41,348 bases of DNA from NCBI GenBank assembly GCA_031422255.1, contig JANOQG010000442.1, positions 1-41,348 of the forward strand, in the 5' to 3' direction. Below the pieces are notes generated by a model. That model was not told the DNA's origin. It did not search any database and saw only the letters and a program-made list of their open reading frames with translations. A program made the position numbers and the translations under genes. Position 1 is the stretch's first letter. Every line of letters begins with the position of its first letter. Shown here one piece after another: positions 1 through 8,359 of the stretch. The stretch is from Actinomycetes bacterium. GTDB lineage: Bacteria; Actinomycetota; Acidimicrobiia; Acidimicrobiales; VFJN01.

Positions 1-95
1 CTGCTGCTCCCACCCCCGTCGTCGCTCGAGCAGGCGGCGCCGACCAGGGCGACGCTGAGAACGACCGACATGATGAGCGAGCGCCGCTTGTGCAT
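1..95 (-). CDS. Secreted lipoprotein, N-terminal fragment; the gene continues past the left window edge
   Basis: A reverse-strand ATG at 95..93 reads MHKRRSLIMSVVLSVALVGAACSSDDGGGSS. This has a basic n-region, a hydrophobic core and an LVGAAC lipobox. The frame stays open to the window edge. It is absent from the ORF track because it is truncated. Confidence 0.5.
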   Translation of the reverse strand, partial: MHKRRSLIMSVVLSVALVGAACSSDDGGGSS

Positions 96-197
96 CTGCG
101 GTTCCTAGCACTCTCCCGCTTCGGATCGCTGCCACGACCTCAGCTCGCGCTTGCGATGGTCACTCGGTGCGACTGAAGGCGCGAGGCACCACGCCGA

Positions 198-1013
198 CTA
201 GCTGGGTTGATCAACCCCGCTGCCGCCGAAGCGCTCCTCCAAGTTCGGCAGTCGCTCGAAATGGGAGAACGTTCCTTCGTCCGCGATCTCTTGGGCGGCC
301 TCGAGAAACCCGGCCCACGCCGTGCGCGCCAGCGTGCCGCCGACGCTGATGCGGCGTACCCCAAGGTCTGCTGCTTCCGGGACGGTGATGAACGGAGCGT
401 TGATCAGCAGGTTCACCGGTTTCGGTGCAACGGCGGCGACGATGGCGGCGACGTGCTCGCGTGCTTCGATCCGGGGCGCGTAGAGACAGTCGGCGCCCGC
501 CTCTGCGTAGGCGCTCAGCCGACGGATCGTCTCGTCGATGTCGGGGCGTCCGCACACGAAGCCCTCGGAGCGACCCGTGAGGACGATGTCGGTTCCGCTC
601 TGGTCGATCGCGCGCCTCGCTGCGCGAATTCGGTCCACCGCGAGATCAAGTTCGTGGAGCGGATGGAGCTCGTCGCCCGTCGAATCCTCGATGGAAAGCC
701 CGGCGATCCCTGTGGCCGCCGCCAGTCCCACGTTGGCGGCCAGGTGCTCTGGATCGACGGCGAAGCCGCCCTGGAAGTCCGCGTTCACCGGCACGTTCAC
801 GGCGCGGGCCACCAAACGCAAGTGCTCGAGGACCTGATCGAGCGTGACCTGGTTGTCGGTGCGACCCAACGTCCATGCGAACCCCGCGCTCGTCGTGGCG
901 AGCGCCTCGAACCCCATCTGCTCGAGGGCCCGAGCGCTCCCGGCGTCGAACGGGTTCGGCATGACGAAGCAGCCGGACTCGTGGAGGCTGCGGAACGTGG
1001 CGGCAGTGTTCAC
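198..1013 (-). CDS. Isocitrate lyase / PEP mutase family protein (2-methylisocitrate lyase or carboxyvinyl-carboxyphosphonate phosphorylmutase-like)
   Basis: 271-aa ORF. The N-terminus FRSLHESGCFVMPNPFDAGSARALEQMGFEALATTSAGFAW, together with GLSIEDS and DIVLTGRSE, is typical of the PEP mutase/ICL TIM-barrel superfamily. Confidence 0.8.
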   Translation of the reverse strand: MNTAATFRSLHESGCFVMPNPFDAGSARALEQMGFEALATTSAGFAWTLGRTDNQVTLDQVLEHLRLVARAVNVPVNADFQGGFAVDPEHLAANVGLAAATGIAGLSIEDSTGDELHPLHELDLAVDRIRAARRAIDQSGTDIVLTGRSEGFVCGRPDIDETIRRLSAYAEAGADCLYAPRIEAREHVAAIVAAVAPKPVNLLINAPFITVPEAADLGVRRISVGGTLARTAWAGFLEAAQEIADEGTFSHFERLPNLEERFGGSGVDQPS

Positions 1014-1088
1014 TCGGACCCCCTAGTCGGGACGCTCGAACTCTAGGCCCGAACCCAGTCGCAGCCGTCAGCACTAGGTTTCGGCGCC

Positions 1089-2072
1089 ATGGCGAACGAC
1101 TTGTCCATCACGTCGCGCACCGTTTCCACGAACGGTGTCGAGCTCCACGTTGTGGAGGCGGGCGAGGGCTTCCCGGTCGTCTTTGCGCACGGGTTTCCCG
1201 AGCTGTCCTACTCGTGGCGTCGCCAGGTGCCCGCGGTCGCTGCAGCGGGATTCCGCGCCATCGCACCGGACCAGCGGGGGTACGGCCGATCGAGTCGGCC
1301 GGAGGCCATCGAGGACTACGACATGGCTCACCTCACCGACGACCTGCTCGGCATCCTGGACGACATCGGCGAGGAGAGAGCCGTGTTCGTGGGCCACGAC
1401 TGGGGCTCGATGGTCGCGTGGCAGATGTCCGTGCTGCACCCGGAGCGCACCGCCGGGGTGGTGGGCATGAGCGTGCCCTTCATCCCGCGGGGCGAGGTCG
1501 CCCCCGTGCAGATGATGCGCCAGATCTTCGCGGAGTCGTTCTTCTACATCGTCTACTTCCAAGAACCCGGCGTGGCCGACGCCGACCTCGCTGCCGACCC
1601 GGGAGAGACGATGCGCCGCATGCTCGGTGGCCTCGCCCTTTCCGACGCGGGCTCGCCCGACATGGCCGGGCTGGCCAAGGCGGACGGCGTTGGATTCGTG
1701 GACCGCCTGCCCGAGGTGCACGAGCTGCCGGCTTGGCTGAGCGAGGAGGAGCTCGCTCATTACACCGCCGAGTTCACGCGCACAGGGTTCACCGGCGGCA
1801 TCAACTGGTACCGCAACTTCGACCGCAACTGGGAGCACACGGCAACGACCGCCGGCGCCAAGGTCACCGTGCCGTCGCTCTTCATCACCGGCAGTGCGGA
1901 TCCCGTTGCCATGATGAGTCCGACGGCGGTGATGGACGGTTGGTTGGAGGATCACCGCGGCACGACCGTGGTGGAGGGAGCAGGGCATTGGGTCCAGCAG
2001 GAAGCTCCCGACGAAGTGAACGCTGCGCTGCTCACGTTCCTCGCCGGCCTGGACTTGGATGGCAACCGATGA
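1089..2072 (+). CDS. Alpha/beta hydrolase, epoxide hydrolase-like
   Basis: 327 aa. It carries the HGFPELSYSWRRQ oxyanion motif, the GHDWGS nucleophile-Asp elbow and a C-terminal GAGHWVQQEAPDEV His motif, as in EphA/EphB-type epoxide hydrolases. Confidence 0.85.
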   Translation: MANDLSITSRTVSTNGVELHVVEAGEGFPVVFAHGFPELSYSWRRQVPAVAAAGFRAIAPDQRGYGRSSRPEAIEDYDMAHLTDDLLGILDDIGEERAVFVGHDWGSMVAWQMSVLHPERTAGVVGMSVPFIPRGEVAPVQMMRQIFAESFFYIVYFQEPGVADADLAADPGETMRRMLGGLALSDAGSPDMAGLAKADGVGFVDRLPEVHELPAWLSEEELAHYTAEFTRTGFTGGINWYRNFDRNWEHTATTAGAKVTVPSLFITGSADPVAMMSPTAVMDGWLEDHRGTTVVEGAGHWVQQEAPDEVNAALLTFLAGLDLDGNR

Positions 2073-2476
2073 CAGAGGGTCGCTTCGCCGGGCAGGTCGC
2101 ACTCGTCACGGGTGCGGCCCGGCCTCGTGGCATCGGGCGGTCCACCGCCATGCTGCTCGCCGAGGGCGGCGCCGCCAAGAGCGCGGTGATCCTGCTCACC
2201 CAGTGTCTCGCCACCGAGCTCGGCGGGGCCGGCATCTCCGTCAACGCCGTCTGCCCGGGCACGGTAGACACCGACCTCATCAATCCAGACGGGGTTCTCG
2301 AGCTGATGCTCGGTGGCCCGGAAGGCGCCCAGGCCTCCATCCGGCGGGAGATCCCGCTTGGGCGACTGCAGTCGGCTGGGGAGATCGCCGCCACAATCGT
2401 TCGGCTGCTCTCCGACGATGCCCGCGCGATCACTGGCGAGGCCGTCAACGTGAGCGCTGGCCAGACGATGGTCTGA
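2069..2476 (+). pseudogene. Short-chain dehydrogenase/reductase remnant with a large in-frame internal deletion
   Basis: The ATG at 2069 overlaps the upstream stop (ATGA). The 135-aa product joins an SDR N-terminus (GQVALVTGAARPRGIGRSTAMLLAEGGA) directly to the post-catalytic region (AKSAVILLTQCLATELGGAGISVNAVCPGTVDTD...GEAVNVSAGQTMV). The roughly 100+ residues that normally carry strands beta2-beta5, the catalytic Ser and the Tyr of YxxxK are missing. Confidence 0.6.
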
Positions 2477-2509
2477 CACCGCCGCTCGCTGCCTACGCTT
2501 TCCGTCGCC

Positions 2510-3364
2510 ATGAACCCACACCCGCCGGCCCACCGCCGCCACACCAACGAGGTGTACCGCCTCCGTCGGGCGATCGCCGCGACGGCCGCTGTTGTGGTCG
2601 CATTCGGAGTCGTGCAGTTCACAGGCATGGCCGGGGGCGGGGATGAGGCGTCGCCCGTCACCACCACCACCGAGGTCCCCACAACCACCATCCCTCCGCC
2701 CCCCAATTGCGTAGAGGGCGACCTCCAAGTTCTGGAGGACGCCGGCAACGATTGGGCCACGGTGCTCGTCGACACCGAACGGTCGATCCCGAGTTCGTAC
2801 GGGCCAGCAGACCTGCGCAACATCGCCGACGCTGGCTTCCCCCTCACGGACGGGGTCGCAGTTCGAGCGCTCGTCGTCGCCGACCTCAATGCGCTGCGGC
2901 AGGCCGCCACTGACAACGGCACCCCGATTGGGATCCTCGCGGCCTACCGCAGCTTTGCCCAACAGCAGGATCTCTACGATCGTCGAGTCGACGAGCTCGG
3001 CGCTTCTGAGGCGGGCAGCCGCGTGGCCCGCCCCGGCCACTCAGAGCACCAGCTCGGCACCACCCTCGACGTCGCCAGCGAGGGCGATACCGACGTCGAC
3101 CAGACATGGGGATCGTCGCTCGCTGGCCAATGGATCGCCACCAACGCGCACAAGTACGGCTTCCTCCTCAGCTACCCGATGGAGGCGCAGGGACGTACGT
3201 GTTACGACTTCGAGCCGTGGCACATTCGCTACGTCGGCCGCGAGCTGGCCGCCGACGTGATCGCTTCAGGCCTCACCCTGCGCGAGTTCCTGTGGCAGCG
3301 CAACCCGGTGCAACCACCCGGGGCCACCAGCACAACCACGACCATCCCCGCCGTCACGCCGTAG
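2510..3364 (+). CDS. M15 family D-alanyl-D-alanine carboxypeptidase (VanY/LdcB-like), membrane-anchored
   Basis: There is an N-terminal TM segment (AIAATAAVVVAFGVVQF) and a Thr/Pro linker. The zinc-peptidase motifs are ARPGHSEHQLGTTLD (SxHxxGxAxD) and FEPWHIRYVG (ExxH). Confidence 0.85.
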   Translation: MNPHPPAHRRHTNEVYRLRRAIAATAAVVVAFGVVQFTGMAGGGDEASPVTTTTEVPTTTIPPPPNCVEGDLQVLEDAGNDWATVLVDTERSIPSSYGPADLRNIADAGFPLTDGVAVRALVVADLNALRQAATDNGTPIGILAAYRSFAQQQDLYDRRVDELGASEAGSRVARPGHSEHQLGTTLDVASEGDTDVDQTWGSSLAGQWIATNAHKYGFLLSYPMEAQGRTCYDFEPWHIRYVGRELAADVIASGLTLREFLWQRNPVQPPGATSTTTTIPAVTP

Positions 3365-3384
3365 GGCTGCTCGTCGACTGACGT

Positions 3385-5037
3385 TCAGCCGCCGGTGGTG
3401 GACGATGCAACGTCGGCGTCGCCGAGGACGTACAAGTAGCCCGCCCGACTGCCGATGTAGATGCGGCCCTTCCACACAGCCGGCGTGGCCTCGATGCAGC
3501 CAGCCAGGTTGACGGACCACAACGGGGGCGGCAGCACGCGGGGGTCGGACACGTCGTAGGCGTGAAACTCGTTGTCGAGGCAACCGCCGACCAACAGCAC
3601 GTCGTCCACGATCACCGGGCTGGCCCACAGGGCGGAACCGAGGTCGTGCACCCAAAGCTGCTGCCCCGTGCCGCGGTCGAGGCCGATGATGCGACCAGAG
3701 TCGGTGGTGATGATGATGACGTCGTCGACGATCCCCGGTGTGCCGTAGACACCACCAGGCCCAGTGGTCTCGATGAACTTCCACACGATTGGGTTGTCTG
3801 GCTTCGAGGGGTCGAGCTTGGTGAGCTGACCGACCGCAGCGGTGCGAGGGTTGTCCGGGCGATCGTTCTGACTGCCTACGTAGAGCATCCCTTCGTCGTC
3901 GGCCACAACCGAAGCGTCGTTGTCGCCAGCCGTGTAGAAGCGGAAGGCTCGGCGAGGGGCGGCGCCGTCTTCGAGCCCGGCGAGGTCGTAGCCCCAGATG
4001 AGACCGGCCGACGTGCCGAAGTAGGCGACGTCGTTCACGATGGTCACGGAGCTCTCGACCGATGCGTGGGTGTCGCCACCGTTGGCGGCAATCACCTCGT
4101 CGTCCCACGCCTGCTCGGAGAAGACGACCTTCGGCGCCACCTGCACCAACCCGGCGGCGTCGGTCGAGCGGTTGAGCTTGATCACCCAGAAGCGGCTGCT
4201 CTCGCTGCCCACAACCATGTAGTCACCGAGGATGATCGGCGACGAGTCCCAGTCGTCGTTCCACAAGCACGGGCACGTCGACTCGCTGTCGAGCGTCCAG
4301 AGGACCTCGGCGGTGCCCGCGCGATCGAAGGCCACGATCCGCAGGAGGTCATCCCGGGAACCCGAGTACACGAGCGGATAGCCGTCAGGGTCGATCGTGG
4401 GCGTGCCCTTGATGATGTCGCCGGTCTCCACGTCCGGAAGGATGCGCTCGCCGGTGATCGCATCCATGAAGTGGATGTTGCCGTCGTACCCGCCGAAGAT
4501 CGCCCAGGTGCGGTCGTCCCGCTCGACGATGGTCGGCTGACCCGTCCAGCCCATCCCGCACCACACCTTGGTGGTGCCGAGGTTGGACGAGCTCCGGCAC
4601 ATCGGCTCATCAGGGAAGCGGTGGAGGATCTGCGGCGCGTTCGGCACGGGACCGAGGCCGTAGTAGCTGCGGGAGGGATTGCCGCGAAAGGTCAGGAGCC
4701 CGCGCACGGTCGCATTCGGGTAGGGCTTCGTGAAACCGGCGGGGTCCGCCAGCCCGTCGAAATCAGTCTCGAACACGCCGGGTTCTGCCCGGTCTTCTCC
4801 GCCAGTGGTGCTGGTGGGGTCGTCGCCGCGCCCGGAACCCGACGGGGAAGAGGCCTCATCCCCAGTGAAGCGATCCACGTTGGCGCTGAAGAGCAGAACA
4901 AGCACACTCACCACGGCCAGCCCAAGCAGAGTCAGGCGGCGGCGACGGTCGTCAGACACAGGGGCCGATCGTACTGGTGCACCGCGGTGATCCTCGAGCA
5001 CACCCCGACCGGTGAGCGACGTAGGTTCCGTCATCAT
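3385..5037 (-). CDS. PQQ-like beta-propeller repeat protein with an N-terminal signal anchor
   Basis: The long ORF contains a TM segment (LTLLGLAVVSVLVLLFSANV). Repeated G-x-hydrophobic-Y/W-hydrophobic-D blade-like units (VYSGSRDD, IWGYDL, LYVGSQND, IIGLDRGTGQQLW, IYIGSRAGYLYVLGD) are typical of BamB/PQQ-type propellers. The start is ambiguous: the ATG at 5037/5034 collides with the divergent gene start, and the GTG at 4959 (VSDDRRRRL...) is a plausible alternative. Confidence 0.75.
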   Translation of the reverse strand: MMTEPTSLTGRGVLEDHRGAPVRSAPVSDDRRRRLTLLGLAVVSVLVLLFSANVDRFTGDEASSPSGSGRGDDPTSTTGGEDRAEPGVFETDFDGLADPAGFTKPYPNATVRGLLTFRGNPSRSYYGLGPVPNAPQILHRFPDEPMCRSSSNLGTTKVWCGMGWTGQPTIVERDDRTWAIFGGYDGNIHFMDAITGERILPDVETGDIIKGTPTIDPDGYPLVYSGSRDDLLRIVAFDRAGTAEVLWTLDSESTCPCLWNDDWDSSPIILGDYMVVGSESSRFWVIKLNRSTDAAGLVQVAPKVVFSEQAWDDEVIAANGGDTHASVESSVTIVNDVAYFGTSAGLIWGYDLAGLEDGAAPRRAFRFYTAGDNDASVVADDEGMLYVGSQNDRPDNPRTAAVGQLTKLDPSKPDNPIVWKFIETTGPGGVYGTPGIVDDVIIITTDSGRIIGLDRGTGQQLWVHDLGSALWASPVIVDDVLLVGGCLDNEFHAYDVSDPRVLPPPLWSVNLAGCIEATPAVWKGRIYIGSRAGYLYVLGDADVASSTTGG

Positions 5038-5491
5038 GGAGCCCTTGCACGCCGATCGATTTGCCCCACTGGACAGCACGCTGGCCGCGCGCTGGGCCAA
5101 GTTCCCGGACGGCTTGGAGCGCGTCTACTTTCCCAAGCTCGTCGGACTCGTGCTCGAGGAAGTGCGCACCGACTACGCGCGGATGCGCCTGCCGTTTCGA
5201 CGAGAGCTGGAGCAGCCCGCCGGGGTGGTGCACGGCGGAGCCATTGCGACCCTCATCGACACAGTCGTGGTACCGGCTGTCGGCCAGGCTTACGAGGCGG
5301 GATGGGCCTACTTCACCGTGCAGATGGACGTTCGCTACATCGGTGCGGTGGTCGGCGAGGACGCCATCGCCGAAGGCTGGATCGAGCAACGGGGGCGCAC
5401 GCTCGTGTTCTGTCGAGCGGAGGTACGCACGGCCTCGGGCAAGTTGGCGGCCGATGGCACCCTCACCTACACGATTCGTCCGCCACGATGA
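5036..5491 (+). CDS. PaaI-family hotdog-fold thioesterase
   Basis: The core motif AGVVHGGAIATLIDTVV and a size of about 150 aa fit the family. The start was taken at ATG 5036, although the ORF track opens at GTG 5012. Confidence 0.8.
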   Translation: MEPLHADRFAPLDSTLAARWAKFPDGLERVYFPKLVGLVLEEVRTDYARMRLPFRRELEQPAGVVHGGAIATLIDTVVVPAVGQAYEAGWAYFTVQMDVRYIGAVVGEDAIAEGWIEQRGRTLVFCRAEVRTASGKLAADGTLTYTIRPPR

Positions 5492-5515
5492 GCCCCACCC
5501 CCTATCGGTGAACGC

Positions 5516-6730
5516 TCAGGGCCGGCGGCGAAAGCCCAGGTCGAGGCTCCGCACGGCTCCCACGAAGATGTTCGGCTCGATGTCGGGGGGCGCGAGGACC
5601 TCGAGGTCGGTGATGGTGTCCACCAAGGTCTCCATGAGCAGGCGCAGCTCAAGTCGCGCGAGCGATGCACCAAGGCAGAAGTGGGTGCCGAAGCCGAACG
5701 CGATCTGCGGGTTCGGGTGCCTGCGAATGTCGAAGGCAAAGGGGTCCTCGAACACCGCTTCGTCTCGATTGGCGGAGGGGTAGAGCAGGGCGAAGCGGTC
5801 GCCAGCCTTGATGGGTGTGCCCCCGACCTCGGAGTCCTTCGTGGCTACGCGGAACATGTTGTTGAGCGGAGTGACCCACCGGATCATCTCCTCGACTGCT
5901 CCGGGGAGGAGCGATCGGTCTTCGTACATCGCCTCCCACTGATCGGGATGCGCCGCGAAGGCAATGAGTGAGCGAGCGATGACCGTGCGCGTCGTCTCGG
6001 CTCCACCGCTGATCATCAGGCCCGTCTCGTTGACGAGCTTGGAGTCGCTCATCGGGCACCCGTTGTCTGCTCCCTGCACCCAGACAGACACGAGATCATC
6101 GGCCGGACATGCACGCCGAGCTGTCGCGGTCTCCTGGAGCACCGCCACGAACTCCCCGATCGCCATGAGGAACTCGTTGGCAATGGCATTGTCGTGCGGA
6201 ACGGAGTCGTAGCGCATCAGCCGTTCCGACCAGCTCCTCACCTGGGGCCAGATCTCCTCCGGGAAGCCGAGCAGGTGAGCAGTGAGCTGCGCCGGCAGCG
6301 CGGCCGCCAGAGCGGTGACGGCCTCCATTCGACCACTGTCTCCTGGAGCCACCTCGGCCGTGAACGCTGCCACCAGATCGTCGATCATCCGAACCATCAC
6401 CGGCTCGATGCCCTTGACCGCCTTGGGCGTGAAGCGGCGCGACACCAGCCGGCGTTGGTCGATGTGCCCCGGATCGTCCTGGGCGATCATGTTGTCTTCG
6501 TCGGGGTTCTGGAATGACCGATAGCTCCCGGCGCTGGAGAACACGTCCGAGCGGTGCTCCACGTCGAGCACGTCGGCGTGGCGCGTGACGCCCCAGAGCC
6601 CTGAGGGCTCACAGCGGTAGAGCGGCTCGTTGGCGCGCATCCAGGTGAACGCCTCGTGCATCGCATCGAGGTCGCCGTAGAAGGCCGGGTTCAACAGGTC
6701 GATGTTCCCGCGGGTGACGATGGCAGTCAT
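5516..6730 (-). CDS. Cytochrome P450 monooxygenase
   Basis: The I-helix is ISGGAETTR, the ExxR motif is EEMIRW, and the heme-thiolate loop is FGFGTHFCLGASLARLE. The start was set at ATG 6730 (MTAIVTRGNIDLLNP) rather than the longer ORF start at 6805. Confidence 0.92.
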   Translation of the reverse strand: MTAIVTRGNIDLLNPAFYGDLDAMHEAFTWMRANEPLYRCEPSGLWGVTRHADVLDVEHRSDVFSSAGSYRSFQNPDEDNMIAQDDPGHIDQRRLVSRRFTPKAVKGIEPVMVRMIDDLVAAFTAEVAPGDSGRMEAVTALAAALPAQLTAHLLGFPEEIWPQVRSWSERLMRYDSVPHDNAIANEFLMAIGEFVAVLQETATARRACPADDLVSVWVQGADNGCPMSDSKLVNETGLMISGGAETTRTVIARSLIAFAAHPDQWEAMYEDRSLLPGAVEEMIRWVTPLNNMFRVATKDSEVGGTPIKAGDRFALLYPSANRDEAVFEDPFAFDIRRHPNPQIAFGFGTHFCLGASLARLELRLLMETLVDTITDLEVLAPPDIEPNIFVGAVRSLDLGFRRRP

Positions 6731-6847
6731 GGCAGCGACCCTAGCGAGACCGAAAAGTCGTCGGTGTTCGCGGTTCGCCGCGCCACCCCGGCGAGTCTTT
6801 GGCACGCATCGATGGCCTGCGACGATGGCCGTCTACCCTCGACGGCC

Positions 6848-8332
6848 ATGCCCCTTCGCCGTGGTGCCGCGCTGCTTGTCGCTCTCGTACTCGTGGCCGC
6901 CTCTTGCGCGAAGGAGGCCGACAGCCCCATCGGCACCGGCGAGCCCACCACAACGACCGCGGCCACCGATGGCTCCACCGTGGGGCCGGGAGGGTTCACC
7001 CCCGACCCGATCGTTTGGGACGACTGCGGCGGCGTGGAGTGCGCGACGCTCACCGTGCCACTCGACTACGCCGAGCCCAGCGGAGACACACTCGATCTGT
7101 ACATCGCCCGCACCCCAGCCAGCGGTGAGCGCTACGGCGCCCTGTTCGTCAATCCAGGCGGCCCAGGCGGGGCGGCCGCCGAGTACGCCAGCTACATCCC
7201 GAGCGTTCTCCCTGACATCGCTGAGCACTACGACATCGTCGGCATGGACCCTCGAGGGGTTGGCGGCAGCACGCCGATCGATTGTGGTGTCGACGTGCGC
7301 GACCTCTACGCCGTCGACCCGACGATCGAGACCGCCGCGGATCGCGACGCGCTACTGGAGATCAGTGAGAACTACGTCGCCGACTGCGCGGTGAAGTACC
7401 CCGACCTGCTCCCACATCTCGGCACACTGGATGTCGCCCGCGATATGGACACCGTGCGCGCTGCCATGGGCGACCAGCAGTTGAGCTACCTCGGCTACAG
7501 CTACGGCACGGCCATCGGCGAGGCATACGCAGACCTGTTCCCCGATCAGGTCGACAAGATGATCCTCGACGGCCTGATCGCTCTCGGCACCACCGGTCTC
7601 CAGCAGGCACACGAGCAAGCGCTCGGCTTCGAGACGGCCCTGCAGCGCTATGTCGCCTATTGCAACTCGGCCGAGGGTTGCCTCACCGCCGGCGAGGCCC
7701 TCGAAGCTGTCGAGATGGTGCTGGCCCGGGCGGAGCGGCTCGGCGGAATCCCTGCCCCCGATGCCAACCGACCGGCTGGACCTGGTGAGGCCAACCTCGG
7801 TATCTCCTACGCCATGTACGCCGAGAGCCTCTGGCCGCGGCTCGACTCCGCCATCTCCGAAGCGCTCGGAGGCGACGGGAGCGCCCTCGTCGAGCTCGCC
7901 GACGGCTACCTCAATGCAGCAGGCTTCGAGGTCTACTTCGCCGTCAACTGCCTCGACTACTCCTGGCCCACCGGCGATGCCGACGCTTTCTTCTCGGCGG
8001 CAAAGGCCACCGCCGATGCCGCCCCCCACTTCGGTGAGGCGCTGGTGAACGACTACATCCGTTGCCTCAACTGGCCAGCGGCCCCCAACCCCCTCACCAG
8101 GGTGACCGCACCTGGCGCCCCTCCGATCCTGGTCGTCTCCACCACAGGCGACCCCGCCACTCCCTACGAGGCCGGCGTAGCGGTTGCCGAGGCGCTCGAG
8201 AGCGGCATCCTCATCACCAACGAGGGCGACGGCCACACAGTGGTCGGCCAGGGCAAGTCGTGCATCGATGACCTCGTCAGCAACTACCTGCTCAATGACG
8301 TGCTGCCTGCGAACGGCACCACCTGCAGCTGA
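6848..8332 (+). CDS. Secreted alpha/beta hydrolase, tripeptidyl aminopeptidase (Tap, S33) -like lipoprotein
   Basis: The ATG at 6848 gives MPLRRGAALLVALVLVAASCAKE, a signal peptide with a lipobox. The nucleophile elbow is YLGYSYGT, and the C-terminal region VVSTTGDPATPYEAG...GDGHTV is TAP-like. Confidence 0.8.
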   Translation: MPLRRGAALLVALVLVAASCAKEADSPIGTGEPTTTTAATDGSTVGPGGFTPDPIVWDDCGGVECATLTVPLDYAEPSGDTLDLYIARTPASGERYGALFVNPGGPGGAAAEYASYIPSVLPDIAEHYDIVGMDPRGVGGSTPIDCGVDVRDLYAVDPTIETAADRDALLEISENYVADCAVKYPDLLPHLGTLDVARDMDTVRAAMGDQQLSYLGYSYGTAIGEAYADLFPDQVDKMILDGLIALGTTGLQQAHEQALGFETALQRYVAYCNSAEGCLTAGEALEAVEMVLARAERLGGIPAPDANRPAGPGEANLGISYAMYAESLWPRLDSAISEALGGDGSALVELADGYLNAAGFEVYFAVNCLDYSWPTGDADAFFSAAKATADAAPHFGEALVNDYIRCLNWPAAPNPLTRVTAPGAPPILVVSTTGDPATPYEAGVAVAEALESGILITNEGDGHTVVGQGKSCIDDLVSNYLLNDVLPANGTTCS

Positions 8333-8359
8333 CCTGACCGGCAACCGGCCTGCGGTGAG

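Noticed and set aside
1214-2068. The 5' part of the 420-aa plus-strand ORF 1214..2476.
   Set aside because: It is out of frame inside the epoxide-hydrolase gene and is Arg/Gly/Pro-rich. Only the segment from ATG 2069 shows SDR similarity.
3562-5511. 649-aa plus-strand ORF.
   Set aside because: Its 5' part is antisense to the PQQ-like propeller gene. Only a different frame at the 3' end (5036-5491) encodes the thioesterase. The composition is Arg/Gly/Val-rich and artefact-like.
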